NCBI GenBank assembly: GCA_963928635.1
Contig: CAWVFT010000039.1
Span: 1 to 56,017, forward strand
Direction of reading: 5' to 3'
Source of the DNA: Bacillota bacterium
GTDB lineage: Bacteria; Bacillota; Clostridia; TANB77; CAG-508
DNA length: 56,017 nt
A model generated the notes under the pieces. That model saw only the letters and a program-made list of their open reading frames with translations. It searched no databases and was not told the DNA's origin. Both the position numbers and the translations under genes were made by a program. The stretch's first letter is position 1, and the number at the start of each line of letters is the position of its first letter. This document shows, in pieces, positions 54,277 to 56,017 of this stretch.

Positions 54277-56004
54277 TTGAATAGGAGGTGCATCATTTTA
54301 AAATTTAGGCTTATTTTTATATTATTATTTTTATTTACTACTTCTTTTTTTGCATATAATCTTTTTTCTCCAATTTATACATCTAATGAAATAATAATTA
54401 CATTTGGTTTTCATCCTTTTGATATTTGTTCAAAGAATCCTGAACTTTGGACTTTGATAAAAATAATTTTTATTGCTACATTTATTTTTTCTAATTTTGT
54501 AATTTCTAATTTTATTTTTACAAGAATCATATCAAAACATTTTTCTAGTCCTGCAAAAAAGCATAAAAATTGGGAAAATAAAGCTTCTTTAAAAAATCCC
54601 TCTTCTTCCGATTTATTTTTAACAATAGGAAAAAATCAAAATAATGAATTAATTTTGATTCCCGAATATGGTCTTTATCAAAATTTTTTAATAACAGGTA
54701 CTATCGGTTCTGGTAAAACTTCTTCTGCAATGTATCCTTTTACAAAACAACTGATAAGATATAATGCTGAACACCAAGATAAGAAAATTGGTATGTTGAT
54801 TTTAGATGTTAAAGGTAATTATTGTTCACAGGTGAAATCTTTTGCAGAAGAGTATGGCATTTTGTCTGATCTAATAGTTATAGGTTTAGGCAATGATGTT
54901 TATTATAATCCTTTAGATAAACCTAATCTTAAGCCAATAGTTTTAGCTAACAGATTAAAAACGATTTTAACATTGTTTTCCGAAAACAATTCAGAATCGT
55001 ATTGGTTAGACAAAGCAGAACAAATTTTGTCAGAATGTATTAAAATTTGTAGATTATATAATGATAACTATGTTACTTTTTCTGAACTTCATAAATTAAT
55101 AACTATTCCAAATTATTTTTCAGAAAAAATTAAAATATTACGAGATCTTTTTATTTCTTCCTCTTTTAGTCAAAAAGATATTTATGAGTTAAATTGTAGT
55201 CTGGATTTTTTTCAAAAAGAATTTAATAACTTAGATCCCCGTACTAAAGGTATTTTAATTTCTGAAATTACTCGTATAACAAATACTTTTATTTCTGACT
55301 ATGATGTTTATTCAACATTTTGTTCTGATAAATCTAAACTTTCTTTTAATGGTTTTTCTGATGTTATACAAAATGGGAAAATTGTTGTTCTAAATTTAAA
55401 TATTGCAGAATATAGTTTGCTTTCTAAAATAATTGCTACTTATTTAAAATTAGATTTTCAGTCTGAAATTTTATCTTTTTTATCTAAGGGATTATCTAAA
55501 AGAACTGCTTTTATTTGTGATGAGTATGATAAGTATTGTACTAAAACAGATGCTGACTTTTTTTCTGTTAGCAGAGAAGCAAAATGTATAAATATTGTTA
55601 GTTCTCAAAGTTATTCTTCTTTAAAAAATGCTCTTCATGATGACTCCTGTGTGAAGGTTATTATTCAAAATTTAATTAACAAACTTTGGTTTCGAACTGA
55701 TGATATTTTTACAATTGAAGAAGCTCAAAAACAATTAGGGAAAGAAGACAAAGAAAAAATTTCTAGAAGCATTTCGGAAAGTGCAAAAGAGACTAAGTTT
55801 AGTTACATAACTAATACTTTGAATTCTGAAAATTCAAATATTTCTGAAACTTTTAGCACTTTTACTCAAAATGATTTTATTTTCGATTCAAATTTTTTTA
55901 CGCAAAATTTAAAAACTTTTGAAGCTCTTTCTTTTTTATCTGATGGAAATAAAATTATTACTCCTCAAAAAATAAAAATGTTTCCATATTTTAAATTTAA
56001 ATAA
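54277..56004 (+). CDS. Membrane-anchored P-loop NTPase resembling type IV coupling proteins (TraD/TraG/VirD4-like)
   Basis: Two N-terminal TM segments; Walker A ITGTIGSGKTSS; MLILDVKGNY; YYNPLD; Walker B AFICDEYDKY; VSSQSYSSL. The start is uncertain, because the only SD (AGGAGG, 54283-54288) lies downstream of the track's TTG 54277. Confidence 0.55.
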   Translation: MNRRCIILKFRLIFILLFLFTTSFFAYNLFSPIYTSNEIIITFGFHPFDICSKNPELWTLIKIIFIATFIFSNFVISNFIFTRIISKHFSSPAKKHKNWENKASLKNPSSSDLFLTIGKNQNNELILIPEYGLYQNFLITGTIGSGKTSSAMYPFTKQLIRYNAEHQDKKIGMLILDVKGNYCSQVKSFAEEYGILSDLIVIGLGNDVYYNPLDKPNLKPIVLANRLKTILTLFSENNSESYWLDKAEQILSECIKICRLYNDNYVTFSELHKLITIPNYFSEKIKILRDLFISSSFSQKDIYELNCSLDFFQKEFNNLDPRTKGILISEITRITNTFISDYDVYSTFCSDKSKLSFNGFSDVIQNGKIVVLNLNIAEYSLLSKIIATYLKLDFQSEILSFLSKGLSKRTAFICDEYDKYCTKTDADFFSVSREAKCINIVSSQSYSSLKNALHDDSCVKVIIQNLINKLWFRTDDIFTIEEAQKQLGKEDKEKISRSISESAKETKFSYITNTLNSENSNISETFSTFTQNDFIFDSNFFTQNLKTFEALSFLSDGNKIITPQKIKMFPYFKFK

Positions 56005-56017
56005 TTTATTTTTTATT

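Overview
This is an AT-rich chromosomal window that looks like Bacillota/Clostridia. It has Gram-positive envelope genes (an LCP protein, ComEA, a PBP5-type carboxypeptidase, VanW/G5) and uses the standard genetic code. I support about 50 real CDS, 8 tRNA genes, several near-consensus sigma-A promoters and many intergenic palindromic repeats. All functions are called from motifs I could read in the translations; no homology search was possible.

Layout, left to right:
- 1-3112: an integrase 3' end, a 46-nt duplicate of the 3' half of initiator tRNA-fMet, a 2.5-kb integrase-less islet (SAM methyltransferase, GNAT, two GNAT remnants, NUDIX) and the intact tRNA-fMet. This is the signature of tandem integration at that tRNA.
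- 3.4-8.2 kb: a tightly packed minus-strand gene string of a small ORF, Fic, an alpha/beta hydrolase, an MBL hydrolase and a P-type ATPase.
- 8-21 kb: housekeeping and envelope genes (class A beta-lactamase-like hydrolase, SufC/SufBD-like pair, comEA, a DD-carboxypeptidase, LCP, CvpA, YkvI). A GldA/F/G-like ABC system is also here, and its ATPase carries a 1-nt frameshift.
- 21-29 kb: tRNAs, an XRE regulator, an M18 aminopeptidase, an FAD/Rieske oxidoreductase, a CI/LexA-like repressor, a deaminase and an M23 peptidase.
- 28.8-39.8 kb, the most interesting block: htrA and a fadD-like acyl-CoA ligase diverge from a single-module NRPS (C-A-T-R). The NRPS is followed by a HAMP histidine kinase and a REC-HD-GYP response regulator.
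- 39.9-56 kb: tex, an ABC-F ATPase, CapA, CorA, a HepT/MNT toxin-antitoxin pair, dapA/dapB, VanW-G5, an SDR, a three-tRNA operon and, at the right edge, a membrane-anchored T4CP-like P-loop ATPase.

Superimposed on all of this is a non-random family of GC-rich intergenic motifs with a GGGGAC core. It also includes ACAATTCACAG and GCCAAAGGGTGCCAAA motifs. These are often arranged as 70-275-nt nested palindromes that abut or overlap stop codons.

Most other ORFs in the supplied track are antisense artefacts of AT-rich coding sequence.
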